A stretch of 36,170 nt of DNA from Octopus bimaculoides (taxonomy: Eukaryota), in contig NC_068989.1 of the NCBI RefSeq assembly GCF_001194135.2, positions 53,675,719-53,711,888 on the forward strand, read 5' to 3'. A program made the translations under genes and the position numbers. The notes under the pieces are model-generated. The model worked only from the letters and a program-made list of their open reading frames with translations. It searched no databases and had not been told where the DNA came from. Shown in pieces: positions 10,602 through 21,030 of this stretch. The first letter of the stretch is position 1. Each line of letters begins with the position of its first letter.

Positions 10602-11157
10602 GCCCGGATGCAATACCAGGCAGTGGCTCTCATGGCTTCTGATCTTAATTCATTGGGAGTGTTATCATGTACATTGTTTTGTCTTGGCATAAAAGATGGG
10701 CTACAGCAAATATTCTGCTTAATATCACAGATTTGCTTGTCAGTTGTTTGACCTGAACCAGTTGAGCATGTCCCTTGGTGGCTGACGATACGTGCATCTC
10801 TGATCATTAGCAAAAGTAGTGGGGGAGCATCATAGCCATGCGTTGAGAGGAATTCTTTGGGGTTTGAATAAATCACCTTTGGAAACATGAGTGCTTTGCT
10901 CAACGTCCTTAAACAAACCTTATTCAGGGACCTTTTTTAGCAGGATGGGCTACTCGACCCGAAGAAAATTCTAACTGGGCCCCCACCTGCATGGTCATGC
11001 GCTGTTTATCTTGATATGAGATCACCATGTCGTGCACATATGGTTGTGATGCATGTGCCTGGTGTACCCTTATCAGACAGGTAGTCATGAAGGGTATAAT
11101 GGGCTTCGTATATTTTACTCCAGTGTCACATTGGTGGCATGCACTGCTCTCTCACTC
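10601..11157 (+). mobile_element. AAT element, full-length copy 2 (~555 bp)
   Basis: Runs from TGCCCGGATGCAATACCAGGCAGTGG to GCACTGCTCTCTCACTC, with (AAT)n on both sides. Homologous to 9596-9976, 32533-33090 and 34765-35314. Confidence 0.9.
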
Positions 11158-11178
11158 AATAATAATAATAATAATAAT

Positions 11179-11442
11179 TGTGGCGACACGACCAGGTAGC
11201 GAAAGTGCTACAGTGGAACTGTGCGAAAAGTGGGGGATAGAGAGAAGCAAGACGTGATATGTGCACTAACCGCAGAGAATGGAGAGTCGGAGATTATCAA
11301 AATCCTCTGGGATTTTCCTATCCAAACAGATCAGGTGCTAGAGCATAAACAGATCGGACCTAATGGAGATGGACAAATTGCACCACATATGCTATATAGT
11401 TGGCTCACGAATAGTCAAGAAGGAAGGTGAAAAGGTAGACAT

Positions 11443-11499
<57 letters not shown>

Positions 11500-12225
11500 C
11501 AGATAGATAGATAGACAGATAGACATATAGACTGATAGATAGATAGATAGATAAATAAATAGATAGATAGATAGATAAATAGATACATACATTTCTTTTA
11601 TTAGCCACACAGGGCTCAACGAAGATGGGACAAATACAATGTAGAGCTTTTCTTTTTGGGAGGGGGAAGGAAGGAAANNNNNNNNNNNNNNNNNNNNNNN
11701 NNNNNNNNNNNNNNNNNNNNNNNNNNNNNNNNNNNNNNNNNNNNNNNNNNNNNNNNNNNNNNNNNNNNNNNNNNNNNNNNNNNNNNNNNNNNNNNNNNNN
11801 NNNNNNNNNNNNNNNNNNNNNNNNNNNNNNNNNNNNNNNNNNNNNNNNNNNNNNNNNNNNNNNNNNNNNNNNNNNNNNNNNNNNNNNNNNNNNNNNNNNN
11901 NNNNNNNNNNNNNNNNNNNNNNNNNNNNNNNNNNNNNNNNNNNNNNNNNNNNNNNNNNNNNNNNNNNNNNNNNNNNNNNNNNNNNNNNNNNNNNNNNNNN
12001 NNNNNNNNNNNNNNNNNNNNNNNNNNNNNNNNNNNNNNNNNNNNNNNNNNNNNNNNNNNNNNNNNNNNNNNNNNNNNNNNNNNNNNNNNNNNNNNNNNNN
12101 NNNNNNNNNNNNNNNNNNNNNCCTTTCTACTCTCAACTTCCTCTTCAGGTGATACTTGAAGAAGTTGATGAGAGATTGCCCAGAGAGGAAAGTCTTTGTC
12201 TCTAGACCTTTCAGACGCGTCCACC

Positions 12226-12295
<70 letters not shown>

Positions 12296-12600
12296 CCCTC
12301 TTAAGTATGAAATAGCCCGGCTATGGAAAATGAAGAAGGTGAAGGTAGTGCCAATTATTGTTGGGTCCTTGGGAACAGTATCAGATGGCATCAAGAGGAA
12401 TATAAAGGATATTGTAATAGAGTACCCTGTAGAACTGTTACAAAAATTTGCTTCCTTGGCACGGCCAGAATAATCAGGAAAGTATTAGATAGTTGAAAAG
12501 AACGAATAGTACGGTACCGTGGGCTGCAGGTAGTAAACCCGCTACGCATGCAAGACTCCAGGCGCTCCAACAAAACCTGTAATAAAGAGAACAAAAATAA
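11179..12600 (+). mobile_element. Second 5'-truncated R4/Dong-clade LINE (different subfamily), split by an insertion at about 11441-12292
   Basis: Left part: [53 protein letters not shown]. Right part: PLKYEIARLWKMKKVKVVPIIVGSLGTVS...LLQK/ICFLGTARIIRKVLDS* (stop 12494-12496), then a 3' UTR and AATAATAAT. The two halves join into a continuous KE.EK..Y..LK.EI..LW RLE motif. Confidence 0.85.
11441..12292 (-). mobile_element. Tx1/L1-like LINE 3' fragment flanked by (GATA)n on both sides; middle in an N gap
   Basis: Minus strand 12227-12122 reads WWTRLKGLETKTFLSGQSLINFFKYHLKRKLRVER, like an L1/Tx1 ORF2 C-terminus. AATAAA at 11597-11602 (minus) is followed by a (TATC)n tail. Confidence 0.55.
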
Positions 12601-12631
12601 TAATAACGATGGTGGTGATGACGATGATGAC

Positions 12632-12673
<42 letters not shown>

Positions 12674-12705
12674 GAAGAAGAAGAAGAAGAAGAAGAAGAT
12701 AATGA
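12601..12705. repeat. (GAT)n(GAA)n array
   Basis: Direct. Confidence 0.95.
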
Positions 12706-12944
12706 GAGCGAGACGATATATATTATTGTATGTACACGCAAGTAATTGGAGATAAATTCAGTAGAATTTGAAGGTAAACCATTTATAATCGATGCATAAA
12801 CACGATGTCAAACTGAGTACATACACATGCATAAACAGAAATTGTGTGTTTATATACATACATGCAGATATATATGTGTGCGTGTAGTTCCTTACATGTA
12901 TTATACGTTTAAGCATATATATACTATCATACATTATATATGGT

Positions 12945-12985
<41 letters not shown>

Positions 12986-13956
12986 CACACACATTTATTT
13001 ACTCATATATATATACATGCAGTGATATATATGTACATCTATTTATCTATCTATATATATATATATATATATNNNNNNNNNNNNNNNNNNNNNNNNNNNN
13101 NNNNNNNNNNNNNNNNNNNNNNNNNNNNNNNNNNNNNNNNNNNNNNNNNNNNNNNNNNNNNNNNNNNNNNNNNNNNNNNNNNNNNNNNNNNNNNNNNNNN
13201 NNNNNNNNNNNNNNNNNNNNNNNNNNNNNNNNNNNNNNNNNNNNNNNNNNNNNNNNNNNNNNNNNNNNNNNTATATATATATGCAAGAAAATACACATAG
13301 CTACATATGAATTATATATATTCATGCATCTACGTATAGATATACACATTTGTATATGTGTGTGTATGAGTGTGTATTTAAATGTATATCTCGTTTAGCC
13401 ATCTGCTTTAGGGTGTGGTCTCAATGATACACTATTAAACATATTCAAATGTAATTTAAATAGACAGACCCTGGAGAAAAAAAAATCTAGAATTTTCTTC
13501 AAATTATCAAAGATATAAAACGCGAACGAGAAATACAGAAATGGCCTTTCCATATGAACTAGACCGACTTCCACCATCATCATCACCATATGTGTAAGCT
13601 CGAGTTTCTCTGTCTGTCTGTATGTCTGTCTCTATGTATATGTATACACACATACACATACGATGTCTATACTAGTACGACTAGGCAGCCAAGATATATG
13701 AATACTCAAGAAAATATAATCATAAATCTATAGCATTTAGGAACCAGAAGGCCGGCAGGAAAGCAAATACAAACAATACTCCCCCGCGTCTGCGAAACAT
13801 ATGCCATGGTGTAAATATATCACGTGATAGCCAATAAGGAATCGAATGACATCTGATTAGAAAATAGTGATTTCGAAAACACAAGCACATCTATTTAAGC
13901 GGCAGGATAATGGTTATGGAAATTCTATTCCATTGACTCCCTGGTTATTGACCAAA

Positions 13957-14017
13957 TTTAATTTACTGACTCCAAAATATTACGAAGTAGATTTTCGAAG
14001 ATTTCAAACGTAGCAGA

Positions 14018-14018
<1 letters not shown>
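13957..14018 (+). repeat. Short dispersed repeat, second copy at 15535-15595; both copies lead into TG-rich microsatellite
   Basis: TTAATTTACTGAC....AA.ATT.CGAAGTA..TTTTCGAAGATTTC is shared. Confidence 0.75.
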
Positions 14019-14063
<45 letters not shown>

Positions 14064-15075
14064 TGTGTGCGGACAAACACAAACAGTCGTACACACACGC
14101 GCACACACACCAACACATACGCACACACACACGCACGCGTACACACGCACAGGAATGCACATATACCTAACACACACAACCCCACGCAGACACACACATA
14201 TATGTTCATGCACGTACACACACACGCACACATACACGCACACACACAATTGAACACGCACACACGCACAAGAACGTACCTATGCCTGCACACACACAAC
14301 CCAAACATACACACACACACATACACATACACACACATACACACACACGCACACACACATACACATACACACACATAACTCCCACGTACANNNNNNNNNN
14401 NNNNNNNNNNNNNNNNNNNNNNNNNNNNNNNNNNNNNNNNNNNNNNNNNNNNNNNNNNNNNNNNNNNNNNNNNNNNNNNNNNNNNNNNNNNNNNNNNNNN
14501 NNNNNNNNNNNNNNNNNNNNNNNNNNNNNNNNNNNNNNNNNNNNNNNNNNNNNNNNNNNNNNNNNNNNNNNNNNNNNNNTACACACACACGCACACACAC
14601 ATACACATACACACACATAACTCCCACGTACACAGACATATACACACGCACATATAAGCACACATACACACGCACAGACACGCACTTACAAGTACACGCA
14701 CACGCACGCACACATGAACGTACATATACCTCCCACACACACACAAAAAACTCATACATAAACGCACACAATTACACATATACAGGCATACACACGCACA
14801 CACACTTGTACCTGCACACGTATGCGCATGCACGTGCACACACACACACACACACGCACGCGTATATAGCTCCACACACAGCCCCACACATAACCCCACG
14901 CACACACACATATACACATGCACATGCACACGCACATACACACACATACACATACGCATGCACACAGCCGCACACACTCACACACACGCACACACAGACG
15001 TATGCACAATCACCACACACAAAATACACACACAACGTACACATACACGCACACACGTGTATACACACATACATA
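14019..15075. repeat. ~1 kb degenerate (TG)n then CA-rich low-complexity array
   Basis: Direct; includes gap 14391-14579. Confidence 0.9.
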
Positions 15076-15475
15076 TGCTTCAAACTGCCAGTCGAACACT
15101 TTTCTACTGACCATTCTTCTACGCACATGTGAAGAAACACACAACTACACAAAAGACCACCATTCCTGTTACCATGCTGCTGAATTCGTCCTACAACATT
15201 AAGAGACACAAAGTTCACTCATACATACACATATAAACAGCCAACACCACATACAAATGCACACACAGCACACACACATACACACACACACAGACTTGCA
15301 CACACATACCCACAAACACACACTGATACCTCCTTCTCTTATACTTTCCTGTCTTAGAAAGAACTTTTTCTTCACCCATTTCCTTCCGGTCATTTCAAGA
15401 TGCAACAACATGTGGATCGTTGACTATTTTTTGCCCTCCGTCTTCCCTTTCTCTTGAACTTTCCTCCGTCTCCTG

Positions 15476-15508
15476 TTTCTGACGAAGAGCTTTACTCGAA
15501 ACGTAAAA
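15476..15508 (+). ncRNA. Candidate minimal type I hammerhead ribozyme (family B)
   Basis: ttt-CTGACGA-a-GAG-cttta-CTC-GAAA-CGTA-aaa. Core CUGANGA and GAAA are intact, stem II is 3 bp, palindromic ACGU forms stem III, the GUA triplet is present and stem I is 3 bp. Confidence 0.55.
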
Positions 15509-15648
15509 ATACTTTTCTTTACTTCCCTTTCTTTAATTTACTGACCCTTTAACATTGCGAAGTAAGTTTTCGAAGATTTCGATGGTGACACATCCATGCG
15601 TGTGTATGTGTACGCGCGCGCGCGTGTGTCTGTGTATGCGTGTGTCTA

Positions 15649-15724
<76 letters not shown>

Positions 15725-15756
15725 TATTTGTCTATCTATCACATATATATGAATGC

Positions 15757-15792
<36 letters not shown>

Positions 15793-15857
15793 ATGCAAAA
15801 AGGAATAATAGAACCTCAGAATATAAGTATATGCATAATCGTATTAATATTGAACGG

Positions 15858-15974
15858 AAGTAACAGAGTAACTCAAGATCCGAGAGTTTCTTGTGTTGGC
15901 ACTTATCAGACGTTTGATATGTTTGATAAATGCCAAAGCACGAAACTTCCCGACCCTGTGTCACTCTGCTACTT
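15858..15974. repeat. Imperfect 54-bp-arm palindrome of two head-to-head hammerhead-like units (family C)
   Basis: The reverse complement of the left arm matches the right arm at 41/54 by hand count, with a 9-nt loop. Each arm reads (C/T)TGATAA-(G/A)TGCCAA..CA.-GAAACT...G(A/T)GT(C/T)ACTCTG. Confidence 0.7.
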
Positions 15975-16108
15975 TTGCTATATATATACATACATATATA
16001 TGTATATATATATATATATATGTGCGCGTATGTATATATATACATACATATATATGGATATATATGTGTGTGTGTGTGCGCGCGGGCATGCGTGTATATA
16101 TATATATA

Positions 16109-16430
16109 TTATCTTTTACTTGTTTCAGTCATTAGAGTGTGGCCATGCTGGGGCAACGCCTTGAAGAACTTTAGCCGAACGAATAGATCCCAGTACATCT
16201 TTTGAAAGGCCTGGTATTTATTCTGTAGTACCCTGTTGTCGAACCGTTAATTTACGGGCACGTAAACACACCTTACCGGTTGTTAGCCATTGGTGGAGAA
16301 AAACACAAACCCAAAGACACACACGCACTCTCTGACACGCACAGACAGGCACGCACACACACTCATATATACGACAGACTTCTTTCAGTTTCCGTCTACA
16401 AAATCCATTCTGAAGACTTTAGTCACCTCC
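16109..16430 (-). mobile_element. Microsatellite-containing SINE, 3' two-thirds (family of 31606-32052)
   Basis: Reverse complement of the GACGGAAACTGAAAGAAG...CCAGCATGGCCACA...GACTGAAACAAGTAAAAG pattern. Confidence 0.8.
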
Positions 16431-16982
16431 AAATCTGAATATTTCTAATGCAGCACTGAACCAGAGCTATCAGCTATCCACACTCTTTAATTGGGGTTTC
16501 ATAGAAAATGGTGAGATAGCAGATAGGTCTTAGGCAATGGTAATACGAAATGAGATAAAAAAAAAAAAGAAGTTATACAGAATGTAGAAGGCTAATAATA
16601 TAACTATTCCATCGCCGGCGTCAAATATAATAGAAAATGCATCCATTACGCAAGACCTTCATTAGTTAAACGTTCAAAATATATGTAGATATAAATGTGT
16701 GTTTGCGCGCACGCGTGTATGTGTGATATACAAAGTAATATGTTCAAATTATATTTTAGATACATACAGAGATTTGCAGAGATTTGAGTTAAATCTACCG
16801 TTTTAACTCTCTAAAGACTGATGAATTAACCAGTTGAATTACCTGGAATGCATTTTCCGAGTAATCTGTTTAGCCAAAGATGCGCAGAAGTGCCTCTAAT
16901 TAGTTTTCCGCGGTGTATTTGGTCCCTTCTGTATTACATTCGCCCTTCTTCCATATACCTATACATATGTATATATTAATAC

Positions 16983-17161
16983 AATTCTGTAAATAATAAT
17001 AATATTTTCGTAAATTTAAAGCTTATAGGCGATCAACTAAAGAAAACATTGGGAAATATAAGACCTCGGCGGTAAAACTTGGGCTTTCCGTACGCGTGGG
17101 ACACGAATCCACACGTCGATGTTTTCACGACAAGTGTGCTACCATCTATACCGACGTACCC
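16983..17161 (-). mobile_element. tRNA-headed SINE-like element (family E)
   Basis: Minus-strand head 17161-17090: acceptor-like GTACGT/GCGTAC, A-box-like GGTATAGATGGTAG and T-arm-like GTGGA-TTCGTGT-CCCAC. The body is homologous to 17179-17313 in the opposite orientation. Confidence 0.55.
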
Positions 17162-17178
17162 TCCTACTCCTTCGCCTT

Positions 17179-17313
17179 GCGTACGGAAAACTTACTTTAT
17201 TATGTCGAGGTCTTATATGCTCCAATATTAGACACTTTTCTGTAGTCAATACACGGTGATCGCTTATAAGCTTTAAGTTTATAAAAAATATTATTATTAT
17301 TATTTATAGAATT
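17179..17313 (+). mobile_element. Headless inverted partner of family E
   Basis: GCGTACGGAAA...GAGGTCTTATAT...GATCGCTTATAAGCTTTAAGTTTAT...TATTATTATTT..AGAATT mirrors 16983-17095. Confidence 0.65.
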
Positions 17314-17314
17314 C

Positions 17315-17443
17315 TAAAATTCGGCACCTCTTATCAAATCATATAAGGTCGTAAATCTGAAACGAATTTCCTAGAGGATTTATCAAAACGCACAAGCTAA
17401 CTAATTCAGTATTTTGGTGTGACATCTACAGACATAACATTCA

Positions 17444-17447
<4 letters not shown>
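17315..17447 (-). repeat. Unclassified ~125 bp dispersed repeat; second copy at about 22805-22925 (+)
   Basis: GTTATGTCTGTAGATG..ACACCA.AATACTGAATTAG...GTTTTGATAAATCCT.TA.GAAATTCGTTTCAGATT is shared. Confidence 0.8.
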
Positions 17448-17527
<80 letters not shown>

Positions 17528-17610
17528 TATTATGATATATTATCATACAGTTAACATTATAAGGATTCTACCATAGTAACTTTCGCTCCGTAACTTGCAA
17601 AGCGTTTCGT

Positions 17611-17674
17611 ATTTACTCTTTTACTCTTTTATTTGTTTCAGTCCTTTGACTGCGGCCATGCTGGAGCACCGCCT
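17611..17674 (-). mobile_element. SINE 3' tail fragment; another at about 25890-25941
   Basis: Reverse complement is GGCGGTGCTCCAGCATGGCCGCAGTCAAAGGACTGAAACAAATAAAAGAG. Confidence 0.8.
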
Positions 17675-17920
17675 TTAAAAAATATATTATTTGTTGTATT
17701 AAACAGTAAATTAACTAAATTTGACTGAAATTGATGGTTGATTGTTTGGCCAATCGAATTTGCAAGGAGCCGTGTAAGCGTCGATTTGTGGGTTCGATCC
17801 AGCCTAAGGTTATCTCATAATTTTTCGGTAATTTGCTTATATCTAAAAATTCTCGCTTCAAATCGGAGAATAAATATTATTGTGTTATATTATTATACAG
17901 TTACATATATATATATTCGG

Positions 17921-18157
17921 TTTCGACATCAAGCCAGTTGATTTGATCAATGAAACTGCCTGTAAGTGAAATTACTGTGCATGTGGCTGAGCAATCCGCA
18001 GAATGTAACAAGGCTGGCCTTTTGCAATACAGTCACAATACATTTTAACCAGCTTAGTGGACTACAAAGTGCCTAGCTCAAGGACACAACGCGTCGCTAG
18101 GTATCGAACTCACGACCTTACGATCGTAAGCCGAGTAGTATAACTACTAAGCCATGC
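17921..18157 (-). mobile_element. tRNA-derived SINE with a CORE-like GTTGTGTCCTTGAGC motif
   Basis: Minus strand: A-box-like TGGCTTAGTAGTTA and B-box GTGAGTTCGATACC, then GCGTTGTGTCCTTGAGCTAGGCACT. Confidence 0.75.
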
Positions 18158-18466
18158 AACGAATAACTCCAGTAGATTTTTTCCCAGCCCTCTACCCGAT
18201 TCATCAATTTGCTCTGTAGTGTTATCGGATACGAAACCACCTAATTTTGAAACACATTTCTTAACCGCGTAGCCACTCTAAGGCCATTAACATGCTTGTA
18301 AACGAAGTAATGTCCACCGTAAAGCATTAAAATATATTAATACTAGTGAAGGTTTTCCACTTCGATTTGTGGTTCTAAGAAGGGTTTCTTTCAGTAAAGA
18401 CAGAAATCTCATCAGCAAATACTCTTACACAAACTCACTCACAAATACACACACGTGTGCGAATAT

Positions 18467-18475
18467 TTCTCTCTC

Positions 18476-18520
<45 letters not shown>

Positions 18521-18601
18521 CTCTCTCTCTCTCTGTCTCTCTCTCTGTCTCTCTCTCTGTTTCTCTCTGTCTGTCTCTCTCTCTCTGTCTCTCGCTCTCT
18601 G

Positions 18602-18635
<34 letters not shown>

Positions 18636-18660
18636 CCCTCTCTCTTCCTCTCACATACAC
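18467..18660. repeat. (CT)n/(CTGT)n microsatellite. Similar arrays at 17445-17526, 20885-21078 and 28050-28248
   Basis: Direct. Confidence 0.95.
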
Positions 18661-18727
18661 ACACACTATTTTATGTATGTATGCATGCAAGGCTCTCTGT
18701 CTGTACACACACACATACACACATATG

Positions 18728-19612
18728 CAGGGTGTGATGGGTGAACTGCCACCATTTTATATTTTTAATTTCGCGCATACGCATTCTTTGTTTATTTACT
18801 TTGTCGATCACACAGTATAGTAGGGTCAGTTGGGCACCGACTATGAGAAAAACGGCACCATAGCGCATTTCACTCTGCCAGAAATTTGGATACCACATCC
18901 CGTACTGCTTAGCATTCGTGACGGAAGCTCCAATACGGATATTTCAGAATGTTTGAGTGTCAATCTGAGGACAGTACAATCTGAGGACTTGTACCGAGAG
19001 TAATAAAAATCAAACATCTACTCAGCATCATGCTGTTAGGAGTGATCACTAGTGATAGTGACGTTATACCTCCATCCATCTTCTCACACGGCGTTAGATT
19101 CAGCACAAAGGCCTACATCAAGTGCCTGGAGGAGGTAATGTTGCCTTGGACCAAGAGGGTGGTGGCTGGAAGACCCTATGTCTGGCAACAAGACTCTGCA
19201 TCATGTGACACAAGCAGGAGAACCCAGACATAGCTGTCAGACATTTTCTGCGACCACATCACCGCTAACATATGTCCACCTAACTCATCAAATTGCAACC
19301 CCCTTGATGTATAAGGCGCAGTTGAGCGAGAGACCAACAAAACTCCTTCTAACACAAAAGATGAGTTGAAGGCAAGGATTATGGCAGCGTTCACCAACTT
19401 AACAACGAGACCGTCCAGAAAAGTCGCAGGTGATTCCGAAATAGTCTGGAGGCCGTAGTTGAAGCCAATGGCGATTTTATTGTATAAATTTACTCTTTAG
19501 TATATCAAAATGTTTTTATGTAATTTTGGTAAATACGTAACTGTTAAGGTGAGATGTCAGTGTTATTTTCATTTTTGCGTAATTTAGACGACAGTTTATC
19601 CACTGCACACTG
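18728..19612 (+). mobile_element. Internally deleted maT (DD37D) transposon
   Basis: Degenerate TIRs CAGGGTGTGATGGGTGAACTG / CAGTTTATCCACTGCACACTG. N-terminal HTH relic FTLPEIW...SSNTDISECLSVNLRTVQ. C-terminal part YVWQQDSASCDTSRRTQT*LSDIFCDHITANICPPNSSNCNPLD has 37 residues between the second and third Asp by hand count. Ends LEAVVEANGDFIV* at 19487. Confidence 0.85.
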
Positions 19613-19977
19613 CGCGCACGCGCGCGTGTGTATAAATCAAAGGTAGGACAGAAAGAACGCAATAAGTGGAAATCAACAAAACACTACATGCGGAAAAATA
19701 GACGATAGCATAACAAACGGCAAACAGGACAAAAACAAGATACACGGATCATTCGCAGCCGATTTCCTCTTCAGTCGGTGTCCGGAAAGTCCTTGCAGTT
19801 TTGCACTCCTTTATCACCCAAACTACTCGAGTCCGGCAAATGCCAAGGACTTAAGCTAAAAGCATTAAGCATCTGGGAAAGCCAAATGAATGCATACAAG
19901 AAGGAAAACAAGAACAGAAGCAAAAACAAGAAACCAGATTCAGCTATATATTTCCTACCACAAAAACTCCAAAACGG

Positions 19978-20447
19978 CATTGATTGTCCTCCGACGATCC
20001 TCATGCACAAGCTGATGAAATTTCTCCTCATTTCCGAGGGTGACACTCGTAGTAGGTCTTGCAGATCGCTCATTGTCTTCCAGGGACGTTCTTCTGCTTT
20101 TAAAGAACCTGTGTCATTCGAAACATTGCGTGCGACTCATTTGTCTGGTCAGTGTAAGCTGACCGAAGCATTCTCAATACTCTTGTAGCAGATTTCCAAA
20201 GTTTAACGCAAAATTTCACGTTGGCTCTTTGTTCCAGCTTCCTGTCCATAACAAAAATCACAGACTACAACATAAACGTGATCACAAAAGCACAAAGTTC
20301 ACAACTTGCGTAGTAAACATAGTGATGACACTCGGCCCTCTGCCTCATGAAGGTTACTGCTAGCTCTTATTGCGCACGCAACCATGTGCTGCCATCTGTT
20401 GGTGCGTTATAGCGCTAATCCGGAAACTTTCTGATACCATAAAGTGG
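19978..20447 (-). mobile_element. mariner transposon 5' fragment (second family)
   Basis: TIR-like end GGTATCAGAAAGTTTCCGGA next to TA (20448-20449). From ATG 20249 it reads MDRKLEQRANVKFCVKLWKSATRVLRMLRSAY/MSRTQCFE*HRFFKSRRTSLEDNERSARPTTS...VHEDRRRTI. Confidence 0.85.
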
Positions 20448-20520
20448 TATGTGTGTGAGTGAGTGTGTGTGTTTGTGCGTTTGTGTGTGTGTGTATGTGT
20501 GTTTGTGCGTTTGTGTGTGT

Positions 20521-20573
<53 letters not shown>

Positions 20574-20982
20574 GTAATTTAGGAATCAAGCAGACAATAA
20601 TGCTATTTCTAGTTTGTCTCATGCTCAATCTTCTGATGCGTGTCGACAAATGTGAATCAGCCTAGCTAGACACATCAATAACTATTGCTTGAATGCATAT
20701 AAGTTTACTACATGTGCAGCTTTAATTACCGTACACACACATAAACGCACAGACAGACACACACGCACGGACACACACATTCACTCACACACATACATTC
20801 ACATATACAAACATGTAAAATAAATTGTTAAAAAAACTAATCATTAGACGTGCAAGTTGTAATAACTTGCTGTTAAAATATGTGAGAGAGGGAGAGAAAG
20901 AAAGAGAGAGAAAATGACAGAGAGAGAGAGAGAGACAGAGAGAGAAAGAGAGAGAAAGAGAAAGAGAGAGAGTCAGACTGAT

Positions 20983-21030
<48 letters not shown>

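Noticed and set aside
16818-16824. CTGATGA hammerhead-like heptamer
   Set aside because: No downstream GAAA or stem I/III; expected by chance.
17090-17161. Functional tRNA gene
   Set aside because: The T-loop (TTCGTGT) and anticodon arm are degenerate and it runs into a repeat body, so it is treated as a SINE head.
19759-19778. Minus-strand CCGA-CTGAAGAG-GAAA-TCGG
   Set aside because: It has core-like words and a 4-bp closing stem but no stem II, stem III or NUH triplet. At best it is a deleted relic.
19771-20188. 136-aa and 100-aa ORFs as host genes
   Set aside because: They overlap the mariner relic antisense or out of frame and have no recognisable domain.
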